DNA of 64,000 nt from a virus (lineage: Duplodnaviria > Caudoviricetes), in IMG/VR virus record IMGVR_UViG_3300035227_000232, positions 25,414 to 89,413 of that record; one strand, written 5' to 3'. This document shows positions 8,933 to 17,181 of the stretch, one piece after another. The notes beneath the pieces are model-generated. The model had not been told where the DNA came from. It ran no database searches and saw only the letters and a program-made list of their open reading frames with translations. A program made the translations under genes and the position numbers. Within the stretch, counting starts at the first letter, position 1. Each line of letters starts with the position of its first letter.

Positions 8933-9886
8933 TTGAAAAAGGTAAGAGATAACAATACATTATACTTGTCTGCCTCGAGGATAAAAACCTTGGAGACATG
9001 TTCTTGGCTTTTTTGGACAAAGTATTTTCTAAAAATGCCCGACACAACCAATGACGGGGCCATAAGAGGAACTGTCTGCCATCTAGTCTTTGAGATGTTG
9101 CTCCATGAAAAACATAGGCGTCACTACGATTTAATTTTATTAAACGATGGGATACAAGGAAGTGCTGCTGTTAATAGATTGGTGATTAAGAAGCTTAATG
9201 AGTATGAAGCATTCACCCAAGAAAACTATGATATGTGCAGCGATATGATAACCCTTGGACTAGGCCAAGACTTCTTTGGCGAGGGCGGAGAACTATCTGA
9301 ACCAGAAATTAAATTCGAACTAACGAAGAGAAGCCCCAAATACAAAGCATTAGGATTCATTGATAAAATTACTAGATACGAAGAAGAAGGTGTCGTAAAA
9401 ATCACTGACTATAAATCTAGTAAGAATAAATTTAGAGGAGAAGAACTCACTACTAATGTCCAAGCAATGATGTATTCATTGGCCAGCAAAAAATTGTGGC
9501 CAAAGCTAAAGCCTGTCGTCGAATTCTTGTTCCTTCGTTTCCCGAGGAGCCCAATTCAACGACTCGAATACACGAATGCTCAACTAAAAGGCTTCGAGCA
9601 TTATCTCTCTCATATCTACGACCTAATGGTTAATTTCACTGAGAACGATGCCAAGAGTAATTACGCTTACAACAACAAGAAGAATAAGTGGCTATGTGCT
9701 GCTGGTAAAACTTGGGTTTGTCCCATGAGGGACCCATTTACTTATTACGTGATAAGAAATAAAGAAGGCAAGATTAAGAAAAGTTCATTCAGTAAAGATG
9801 AATTAAAGCCTGATAAAAAAGAAGATATAGAAAAAATAGAATATGATGGTTGCCCCAAGTTTCACGGCGAGAACAAGCTCTTATGA
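8933..9886 (+). CDS. PD-(D/E)XK nuclease, RecB/AddB/Cas4-like exonuclease
   Basis: LSASRIKTLETC, RGTVCH, GFIDK, ITDYKSS, QAMMY and C-terminal Cys residues. TTG start. Confidence 0.85.
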   Translation: MKKVRDNNTLYLSASRIKTLETCSWLFWTKYFLKMPDTTNDGAIRGTVCHLVFEMLLHEKHRRHYDLILLNDGIQGSAAVNRLVIKKLNEYEAFTQENYDMCSDMITLGLGQDFFGEGGELSEPEIKFELTKRSPKYKALGFIDKITRYEEEGVVKITDYKSSKNKFRGEELTTNVQAMMYSLASKKLWPKLKPVVEFLFLRFPRSPIQRLEYTNAQLKGFEHYLSHIYDLMVNFTENDAKSNYAYNNKKNKWLCAAGKTWVCPMRDPFTYYVIRNKEGKIKKSSFSKDELKPDKKEDIEKIEYDGCPKFHGENKLL

Positions 9887-10665
9887 GTAATAAAACGATC
9901 CCATTATTCAAAAGCCACTACAGCCTTGGGAAGAGCATCCTAACTCTCTCCGACGAGGACGATCCTTCTGGTCCTGACTCTATCATAGGAATTTGTAAAA
10001 ATCATAATCTCAGTCAAATGTTTCTAGTGGAAGACTCCATGAGTGGTTTCCTCGAGGCTTATACGAATTCTGAAAAAAACAAAATCCAATTAATATACGG
10101 GATACGTTTAACAATTTGCAGGGACATGGAGAAAAAGAATGAGCAGTCCTTATCCGAGGAAAGCAAATATATCATTTTCGCCAAAAACAAAAACGGATAC
10201 AAAAAGCTTATAAAAATTTATTCAGAAGCAGCTACGGAAGGCTTTTACTACGTCCCTCGTTTCGACTTCGATAGGCTCAAAGAAAACTGGGATGATAAGA
10301 GTTTAGAACTATGTGTTCCATTCTACGATTCTTTCTTATTTAAGAACTGCCTTCTATCTAAAAGGGTATTACCCAATGTGGATTTTACCGAGATGACCTT
10401 CTTCGAAGAAGAAAATAATCTCCCTTTCGATGGCTTACTAAGAAGAAGGTTGAGGGATTATACTGACGATGGGAAAAAATATAATTCAATCCCCGTGCAA
10501 ACAATTTATTATAAAGGGAGAGAAGATTTTCTTGCTTACCTTACCCATCGTTGCATTAACAAAAGGAGTACCTTAAACAAACCTAACTTAGACCACATGC
10601 ACTCTAGGGAATTCTGTTTTGAAAGCTGGCTTGAAGGAGAAGGAGGCAAGTTATGTGCGGAATAG
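9883..10665 (+). CDS. Stand-alone PHP domain of DNA polymerase III alpha (degenerate metal site)
   Basis: KSHYSLGKSI, GIRLTI, FAKNKNGYKKLIKIYS and FYYVPR follow the DnaE N-terminus. Start placed at the ATGA overlap (9883). Confidence 0.85.
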   Translation: MSNKTIPLFKSHYSLGKSILTLSDEDDPSGPDSIIGICKNHNLSQMFLVEDSMSGFLEAYTNSEKNKIQLIYGIRLTICRDMEKKNEQSLSEESKYIIFAKNKNGYKKLIKIYSEAATEGFYYVPRFDFDRLKENWDDKSLELCVPFYDSFLFKNCLLSKRVLPNVDFTEMTFFEEENNLPFDGLLRRRLRDYTDDGKKYNSIPVQTIYYKGREDFLAYLTHRCINKRSTLNKPNLDHMHSREFCFESWLEGEGGKLCAE

Positions 10666-12518
10666 TCGGCTATATAGGGCCTAAAGACGCCTACGAGGAG
10701 GTTTACAGAGGTTTGATTGACCTAGAATACCGAGGGTATGATTCTTGCGGTATAGCCCTCTTAAATGAATCCTCAGGCCATGTACACATAGAGAAAGAGA
10801 TTGGACCCCCTTCCTTATCTCTTCCCAAAACAATCGCTGAAAAGAACTCTATCGGGGAAATAAAGGGCGGGGTCGCGATAGGGCATACTAGATGGGCTAC
10901 TCATGGGAAAGTCACAATTGAAAACACTCATCCTCATAAAAGCGCAGATGGAAAGTTCCATCTAGTGCATAACGGAATCATCGAAAACCACTCTGAATTA
11001 AAGACGATGCTTATCGATGAAAAGTATTGTTCTTTTTATTCTGATACCGATAGTGAAGTTCTAGTAAACCTTATCTCTTATTACTACGACAAATTTGAGA
11101 GCTTAGAGATGGCCATTACGAAGGCACTATCAAAAGTGGAGGGTACTTTCGGGATAGGGGTTATTTGCTCTGACAGGCCAAACTTATTAATAGCAGCAAG
11201 GCGTAGCTCTCCCATCTCTATAGGACTGAGCGAAAATGGAAACTACTTATCTAGCGATTCTTCAGTATTCTCTGGCAATTTCTCTGGAGTCGTTGATCTA
11301 GACGACAACAGGATAGCTTGGATCACTGGAAACGATGTCAGAGTGCAGGATTTTTATCAGTCTGAAGTTCCTCTTGAGATTAAGGATATACAGGATCGGC
11401 TAAAAGATAATTCTACTGATAGCCATCCTCTGCTGGGCGAGTATTCCTCACATATGGAAAAAGAAATATTCGAACAGCCCGATTCTATACGGAGAGCAAT
11501 AAGAGGAAGACTAAAAGAAGGAAAAATAAAAATACCTTCCATTGAAAAAATTTACCCCGATAGGATTCTGATTATCGGGTGCGGTACATCATATCATGCC
11601 GGACTTCTAGGGAAATATTATTTCGAAGACATATCAGGAATTCCTACTGAAGTCGAAACAGCTTCAGAATTTAATTATCGGTCAGTCCCAAAAGAAGAAA
11701 ACGTTTTGGCGATATTTATAAGCCAATCCGGGGAGACAGCAGACACAATAACTTCTTTACTAAAATGCAGAGACTTAGGGTATGATCTTTTTACTATAAC
11801 AAACTCTGTTTGTAGTACATTAGCTAGAGAGGCTGGCAAAGGAATATATCAATACGCGGGTAAAGAAGTGTCGGTCGCATCGACGAAAACATTCACATCA
11901 CAAGCAACGATTCTATTAATGATGGCGTGCTACTTTGGTAAGGCAGAAGCAGATTACATATCCAAGATTCCAGAACTAATAAAAGAAGTTCTCGAAGGAA
12001 ATGAAATTGATGATTTGGTGAATTCATTGCCATCTCGAGCAATGTACGCATCTGGACCGTCACTCCAGACATTAGAGGAGGTCATCTTCCTCGGTAGGCA
12101 GTCAATGTATCCCGTGGCACTTGAAGCCTCCCTTAAGCTCAAAGAAGTGTCTTATATCAACAGTCAGGCTTACCCTTCTGGTGAAATAAAACATGGCCCC
12201 TTAGCCTTAATCACAGAAGATACCCCTGTGATTCTATTCGCTGCTCAAAATAATTTAGAGAAAAAGAATTCCTCTACAAGTAGTGAAGTATCATTAAGAG
12301 GTGGGGAGGTCGTTATAGTAAGAAAATCTAACCAACAGATAACAGGGAAAAAATTTGCTGAAGTAGTAATGCCGGATTGCAATGACTACGTTGCTCCGAT
12401 CCTGTCCGTAATATTCTTCCAACTCTTTGCTCTCCGTGTCGCAATCAGGAAACATCAATTTGAGAACATAAATATAGACAAACCTAGAAACTTAGCTAAA
12501 TCTGTAACTGTAGAATGA
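10653..12518 (+). CDS. glmS: Glutamine-fructose-6-phosphate amidotransferase
   Basis: MCGIVG, EYRGYDS, GHTRWATHG, HNGIIEN, SQSGET, STKTF, KHGPLAL and PRNLAKSVTVE. Confidence 0.97.
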   Translation: MCGIVGYIGPKDAYEEVYRGLIDLEYRGYDSCGIALLNESSGHVHIEKEIGPPSLSLPKTIAEKNSIGEIKGGVAIGHTRWATHGKVTIENTHPHKSADGKFHLVHNGIIENHSELKTMLIDEKYCSFYSDTDSEVLVNLISYYYDKFESLEMAITKALSKVEGTFGIGVICSDRPNLLIAARRSSPISIGLSENGNYLSSDSSVFSGNFSGVVDLDDNRIAWITGNDVRVQDFYQSEVPLEIKDIQDRLKDNSTDSHPLLGEYSSHMEKEIFEQPDSIRRAIRGRLKEGKIKIPSIEKIYPDRILIIGCGTSYHAGLLGKYYFEDISGIPTEVETASEFNYRSVPKEENVLAIFISQSGETADTITSLLKCRDLGYDLFTITNSVCSTLAREAGKGIYQYAGKEVSVASTKTFTSQATILLMMACYFGKAEADYISKIPELIKEVLEGNEIDDLVNSLPSRAMYASGPSLQTLEEVIFLGRQSMYPVALEASLKLKEVSYINSQAYPSGEIKHGPLALITEDTPVILFAAQNNLEKKNSSTSSEVSLRGGEVVIVRKSNQQITGKKFAEVVMPDCNDYVAPILSVIFFQLFALRVAIRKHQFENINIDKPRNLAKSVTVE

Positions 12519-13156
12519 ACGAAGAACTATTAAGATATGATAACGAAAAGACTCTAGTCTTTATAGACTGCGAGACTGAAAACCTTTGTCTGAGTTTTGA
12601 GAAAAATTTGCCTTGGCAAATTGCGATGATCAAAATCCGAGGGAATTCAATAATAGAAGAAAAAGACTGGTACGTTAAATGGCCCCAGAGAGACATTGAT
12701 GTAAGTAAGGAGGCAGCGAGAGTAACTAGATTTAACTATCAAAATTATATTTCTAAAGCAGTACCTTTCGAAGAAATGAGTGACACTATTTTCGATTGGC
12801 TTGATGACGCGGATCATATAGTCGGCCATAACGTGTTAGGCTTCGATATCTATCTAATTAGAGAGATGTATCGTCATTGCAAGAGGGACAGTGACCATTT
12901 AACAGAAAAAATTATAGATACGATGTGTATGGCGAGAGGGATAAAAGGAGAACACTTCTACCAAAAAGGATCAGACTTCTTAGAATACCAATACAGGATG
13001 CTCCACTTCCGAAAAAGAGGGTTGAGGAACAGGCTAGACCAGCTAGGGGAACAGTATGGTATTGCACATAATTACGATATGCTACACAATGCGCTGAACG
13101 ACTTGCAGCTTAATGTCAAAGTCTGGCATAAAATAAAATACCAAGTAGAAATTTGA
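12515..13156 (+). CDS. DEDDh 3'-5' exonuclease, DnaQ/epsilon-like
   Basis: FIDCETE (ExoI), GHNVLGFD (ExoII) and HNALND (ExoIII). Confidence 0.88.
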   Translation: MNEELLRYDNEKTLVFIDCETENLCLSFEKNLPWQIAMIKIRGNSIIEEKDWYVKWPQRDIDVSKEAARVTRFNYQNYISKAVPFEEMSDTIFDWLDDADHIVGHNVLGFDIYLIREMYRHCKRDSDHLTEKIIDTMCMARGIKGEHFYQKGSDFLEYQYRMLHFRKRGLRNRLDQLGEQYGIAHNYDMLHNALNDLQLNVKVWHKIKYQVEI

Positions 13157-13157
13157 T

Positions 13158-13394
13158 ATGGCTTCATTAGATAATGTTTACGATCTCAAAGATCGACTAG
13201 ACGAGGAGGGACTAGATTACCTTATAGTCACTTCTAAACATTCCGAAAAATCTGATAAGAGAAGGAGTGATGTTTTTTATAGACTAAGGACTCAAGATTC
13301 TGCCGAATCTCTATATGGGATTGTTAATGATTTATGTGAGAACTTTCACATATTAGAAATAGGCCCCCCACCAAGGAAAAATAAAAATGATTGA
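13158..13394 (+). CDS. Small hypothetical protein
   Basis: 78 aa ORF filling the gap and coupled to both neighbours. Confidence 0.6.
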   Translation: MASLDNVYDLKDRLDEEGLDYLIVTSKHSEKSDKRRSDVFYRLRTQDSAESLYGIVNDLCENFHILEIGPPPRKNKND

Positions 13395-14049
13395 GTATGA
13401 TGATGTAGAATTCGAAATGTACGATCTGGACTTGTGGATCGAGGCGCAAGCTAAAGACCAAGGGATAGAGATAAAAGGAGAACAACTAGAGTTCCTTAAG
13501 GAAAAAATCAGAATGTACCCACCCATTCCTGCTAAAGATATGCTTCCCCCTTGGTACACGAAAGACCACATTTTAAGACATTGCTATGGGATAAGATGGG
13601 TGACTTCTCGTGGATATCTCGTGAGGGCTCCCATTAATTTCATGATCCACAATTTCATGATTAAACCGATGACAGAAGAAGCAGTGAAGCAAGGGTTTCC
13701 GTTCGAGAACGGAGATTTACCGCATGTTTTCAAATGCAACCTTCCTTGGATGATCCGATCTAAGGATGAGAAGCCAATTGATATTCTTTGCATTACGCCA
13801 GCGTATCACTTCAAAAGCGATATAGATATTAGGATTCAACCGGGAATTTTAGCTGGGGATCATAGACTTTCTTATGAAAAGACCAAAAATAGAGTCGAAA
13901 AAAAGGGCGAAGAGATGCCCGATTTTCTAAAGGACCCTTTCGGGGAAGAGGTAAATCCACTCTTTTGTTCTAAACCTATCAAAGACGAAAAAATGTTGGT
14001 ATTTAAAGAGGGATATCCGATGGTCCAATTAATCCCGATCTATAAATGA
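13387..14049 (+). CDS. Hypothetical protein, possibly DUF6065/dUTPase-like beta fold
   Basis: PIPAKDMLPPWY, GYLVRAP, KCNLPWMI, IQPGIL and EGYPMVQLIP resemble a widespread aquatic-phage family. The family assignment is from memory only. Confidence 0.55.
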   Translation: MIEYDDVEFEMYDLDLWIEAQAKDQGIEIKGEQLEFLKEKIRMYPPIPAKDMLPPWYTKDHILRHCYGIRWVTSRGYLVRAPINFMIHNFMIKPMTEEAVKQGFPFENGDLPHVFKCNLPWMIRSKDEKPIDILCITPAYHFKSDIDIRIQPGILAGDHRLSYEKTKNRVEKKGEEMPDFLKDPFGEEVNPLFCSKPIKDEKMLVFKEGYPMVQLIPIYK

Positions 14050-16622
14050 GTTTCTCAGAGAAATTTAAGCCTTATAATCTAAACCTTCATGGAGTCAGGC
14101 TACCCACGTTTGATACCCCAGAAGGAGAGACTAGTAACGAAGAATTTTTAAGGTCCCTTGGCCTCGAAGGTTTTAGAAAACTAGGACTAAAAAAAGGTTC
14201 CGAAGAATACAAGAAATATTCTGACAGAGCGAAGCGCGAACTCGGCATCCTCAGGGAACTCGGATTCATCGATTATATCTTACTGGTATGGAAAGTCGTC
14301 GATTTCTGTAACTCTAATAATATACCCACTGGTCCGGGGAGAGGGAGTGCTGCTGGAAGCCTCATCCTCTTCTTGATAGGAGTTACCAAGATCGATTCAG
14401 TGAGACACGACCTTTACTTTGAAAGATTCGTGTCAAAAATCAGAGCAAAGAAGAAAGTAGTAAATGGAATAACTTATCTCGATGGGTCATTAATGTGCGA
14501 TGTCGATCTCGACATATGTTATTACAATCGAGGGAAAGTAATTGAGTTCCTACAAAAAGAATTCGTAGGTAAAACTTCCAAAATCCTGACTTTAAGCAAG
14601 CTAAGTGGCAAAATCCTAATTAAAGATTGCGGAAAAGTAATTTCTGGTAAGACAGAAACAGAGATGAACGGAGTCACTGCTCTAATACCTAAAGTGTTCG
14701 GCATAGTGAAAGACATCGAAGAAGCATATACCTCTGAGGATTCATTCAGGGAATGGTGTGATGAGAACAGGAAGGTCTATGATATATCACTAAAGCTAAA
14801 AGGTCTCATTAGGAACAAGGGAGTCCATGCCTCCGGTATGCTTCTGTCAAGAGACCAACTTAGAAAAAATTGCCCAGTAGAATTAACATCTGACAAGGAC
14901 TTCGTGTCTGGTTATGACATGAACTGGGCCTCTTTACTTAACGTGAAGCTCGACCTACTTGGCTTGCGAAGCGTTACCGTGGTAGACGACGTTTGTAAAC
15001 AGATAGGAATAGATTCTTCAGATATCGATGTAGATGATCCGTCTATTTATAGGAACTTACAAAAACTTAAATGCCCGCACGGTCTCTTTCAATTAGAGGC
15101 AGGAACCAATTTCAAAGTTTGCCAAAAAGTAAAACCCCGGAACATAGAAGAATTGAGTGCTGTCCTTGCTCTTGCAAGACCCGGAGCCTTAGCCTTCCTA
15201 GACCAGTACGCAAAATATGTAGAGACAGGTGAAGCAGTTCCCATACACCCATTCTTTGATGACATTTTATCATCAACGGGGGGAGTAGCTCTTTACCAAG
15301 AGCAGTTGATGCAGATGGCTCACAAGATCGGTTTCACATTAGACGAAGCAGAAGTCCTCAGGCGAATAGTCGGCAAAAAAAAGGTCAGCGAAGTAAGAAA
15401 ATGGAAAAAGAAAATTAGAGAAAAAATAAAAGAAAACAAATTAGACCCAGAGATAGGGGACGTCCTCTGGAGAGTCCTTGAAGATTCGGCTAATTATTCT
15501 TTCAATAAGTCTCACTCTATCGCCTACGCTAATCTCTCAGCTACTACTATTTACCTAAAGTTTAATCACCCCAAAGAATTTTTCTTATCTCTTTTAAGGA
15601 TGACGAGATTCGAACCTGATCCTATTTCTGAAATCTCTAAAATACATAGAGAGTTAAAGAAATTTGGCGTTGAACTCCTTCCTCCTCACCTTATAAAATC
15701 TGATATGAGTTTCTCTATTGAGAAAGGGAATATTAGGTTTGGCCTTCTCTCTATCAAAGGCATATCTGATAAATCTATAGAGAAAGTGAACAGCTTTAGG
15801 AATAAGTACTCTAATAAATTTGAAATTTTTCAAGCAGCACAAGATGCTGGAATCCCTATGGGCATTCTATCATCTTTAATTCAAGCAGGAGCACTGGAAG
15901 GATTCAAGCAGTCCAGAAGTCAAGTCGTCCTAGAATCGCAATTATGGAAAATCCTCACGGATAGAGAAAGACGCTTCGTTATACCTCTCGGGGAAAAGTT
16001 CGAGTATGATTTGCCTAAAATCGCTAGACACTTATGTTCCTTTAAAGATGAGAAAGGGAAGGTCATAATTAAGCCATCAAGAAGAGAGACTATCAGAAGA
16101 AAGTATTCTCCTTACGTCAGGATTTACCAGCAAAACAACAAGTCTAAGAGGTTCGCTAATTGGTATTATGAAAAAAGTTGCTTAGGGTATGCTTATGATG
16201 TCTCTCTGAGGGATATTTTTCTTGAAAAAAAGCCTAATCTGGCGACACTGGACACAGTAGACGAGACTCCTGCGAATTCTATAGTCTCATTCGTAGGAGA
16301 AATAAAAGATGTCTACAAGAGTAAATCTAAGAAAGGTACTAAATATGTTAAATTTCTCATCACTGATGAAACCAACAGCATCGATGCTTTGTTATTCGAG
16401 AATAGCTTCGATAAAGTAAAAAACGTCAATAGAGGCTCTATCCCTGAGAAGGGAAACATTGTAATCGTCAACGGGCGTAAAAAAGGTGACGCAGTTTTTA
16501 TAAACTTAATGGGGGCTCAGGATCATAGGGTTTATACTAAGCTATCCGAACTACCCAACGAAATTAACGAAGAAACAATAAGACAAATAGATTCTATCTT
16601 AGATCAACTAGGAATTAACTAA
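14046..16622 (+). CDS. dnaE: DNA polymerase III alpha catalytic subunit lacking the PHP domain
   Basis: GRGSAAGSL, catalytic DVDLD and KLDLLG, GVHASG, YSFNKSH, IRFGLLSIKGI and a C-terminal OB fold. Confidence 0.95.
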   Translation: MSFSEKFKPYNLNLHGVRLPTFDTPEGETSNEEFLRSLGLEGFRKLGLKKGSEEYKKYSDRAKRELGILRELGFIDYILLVWKVVDFCNSNNIPTGPGRGSAAGSLILFLIGVTKIDSVRHDLYFERFVSKIRAKKKVVNGITYLDGSLMCDVDLDICYYNRGKVIEFLQKEFVGKTSKILTLSKLSGKILIKDCGKVISGKTETEMNGVTALIPKVFGIVKDIEEAYTSEDSFREWCDENRKVYDISLKLKGLIRNKGVHASGMLLSRDQLRKNCPVELTSDKDFVSGYDMNWASLLNVKLDLLGLRSVTVVDDVCKQIGIDSSDIDVDDPSIYRNLQKLKCPHGLFQLEAGTNFKVCQKVKPRNIEELSAVLALARPGALAFLDQYAKYVETGEAVPIHPFFDDILSSTGGVALYQEQLMQMAHKIGFTLDEAEVLRRIVGKKKVSEVRKWKKKIREKIKENKLDPEIGDVLWRVLEDSANYSFNKSHSIAYANLSATTIYLKFNHPKEFFLSLLRMTRFEPDPISEISKIHRELKKFGVELLPPHLIKSDMSFSIEKGNIRFGLLSIKGISDKSIEKVNSFRNKYSNKFEIFQAAQDAGIPMGILSSLIQAGALEGFKQSRSQVVLESQLWKILTDRERRFVIPLGEKFEYDLPKIARHLCSFKDEKGKVIIKPSRRETIRRKYSPYVRIYQQNNKSKRFANWYYEKSCLGYAYDVSLRDIFLEKKPNLATLDTVDETPANSIVSFVGEIKDVYKSKSKKGTKYVKFLITDETNSIDALLFENSFDKVKNVNRGSIPEKGNIVIVNGRKKGDAVFINLMGAQDHRVYTKLSELPNEINEETIRQIDSILDQLGIN

Positions 16623-16623
16623 A

Positions 16624-17181
16624 ATGCAAACACAATTTTATAAAGCGAACCCGAAAGGGACAGGGGCTGCATGTCAGTTCTATCTCAGCAGTAGCAGTAT
16701 TATGCTCAGCATGATAAAGCAAGACAGTTGGGACGCAGAAAAGAAAAAGGGCGACTTTAAGAAAAACAAGAACACCCCGACGGGGAGTCTTTTCATGAAG
16801 CTTACTAGAGTAGAAACCGCTGGACTAATAAGAGGGATCGAACGCTGTCAGGAGTGGAGTTGCTATCACCGAAGCCCCACTCAGGAAGCGTCTCTTAAAT
16901 TAACTATCTGGAGAGACGATGAATCTGGAGGTAGCCCAAAAGGATATGGAATTACTGGGAATAAGAAGGTAACCACCACAGAACGAGCAGGGGAAACTGC
17001 GTCCTTCTTCGTAACTCTGACCCTAGATGAGGCTCGGTTATTAAAAAGCGATTTAGAAAGCTTCCTTTATGTTACTCTTCAGTCCACCGGACATGGGAAT
17101 AAGACAGGAAAAACGATAGGAGTAAAAGGGAACGCTGGGCCTAAGGAGACTTATTCTAATAGGAGCAACTATCAACAATGA
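16624..17181 (+). CDS. Hypothetical protein, candidate Whirly/PC4-like ssDNA-binding protein
   Basis: Lies directly after dnaE, with a beta-beta-beta-helix pattern repeated twice and a low-complexity tail. The function is inference. Confidence 0.5.
   Translation: MQTQFYKANPKGTGAACQFYLSSSSIMLSMIKQDSWDAEKKKGDFKKNKNTPTGSLFMKLTRVETAGLIRGIERCQEWSCYHRSPTQEASLKLTIWRDDESGGSPKGYGITGNKKVTTTERAGETASFFVTLTLDEARLLKSDLESFLYVTLQSTGHGNKTGKTIGVKGNAGPKETYSNRSNYQQ

Noticed and set aside
1421-9882. Upstream ORF-track starts at 1421, 5125 and 9850
   Set aside because: They extend into the previous gene. ATGA overlaps (1493, 9883) and a strong SD (5221) give better starts.
8933-9886. Cas4 as evidence of a CRISPR-Cas locus
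   Set aside because: No cas1/cas2 and no repeat-spacer array in the window. Solo Cas4-like nucleases are common in phage replication modules.
5221-16622. Reading ftsZ-, recA-, dnaB-, dnaG-, dnaE- and glmS-like genes as a bacterial chromosome segment
   Set aside because: The sequences are divergent, the order is unlike bacterial dcw or replication loci, dnaE is split, and the genes are contiguous with a full tail module.
6471-16622. Inteins or introns in dnaB or dnaE
   Set aside because: No C/S...HN splice motifs or LAGLIDADG blocks, and domain lengths are normal.
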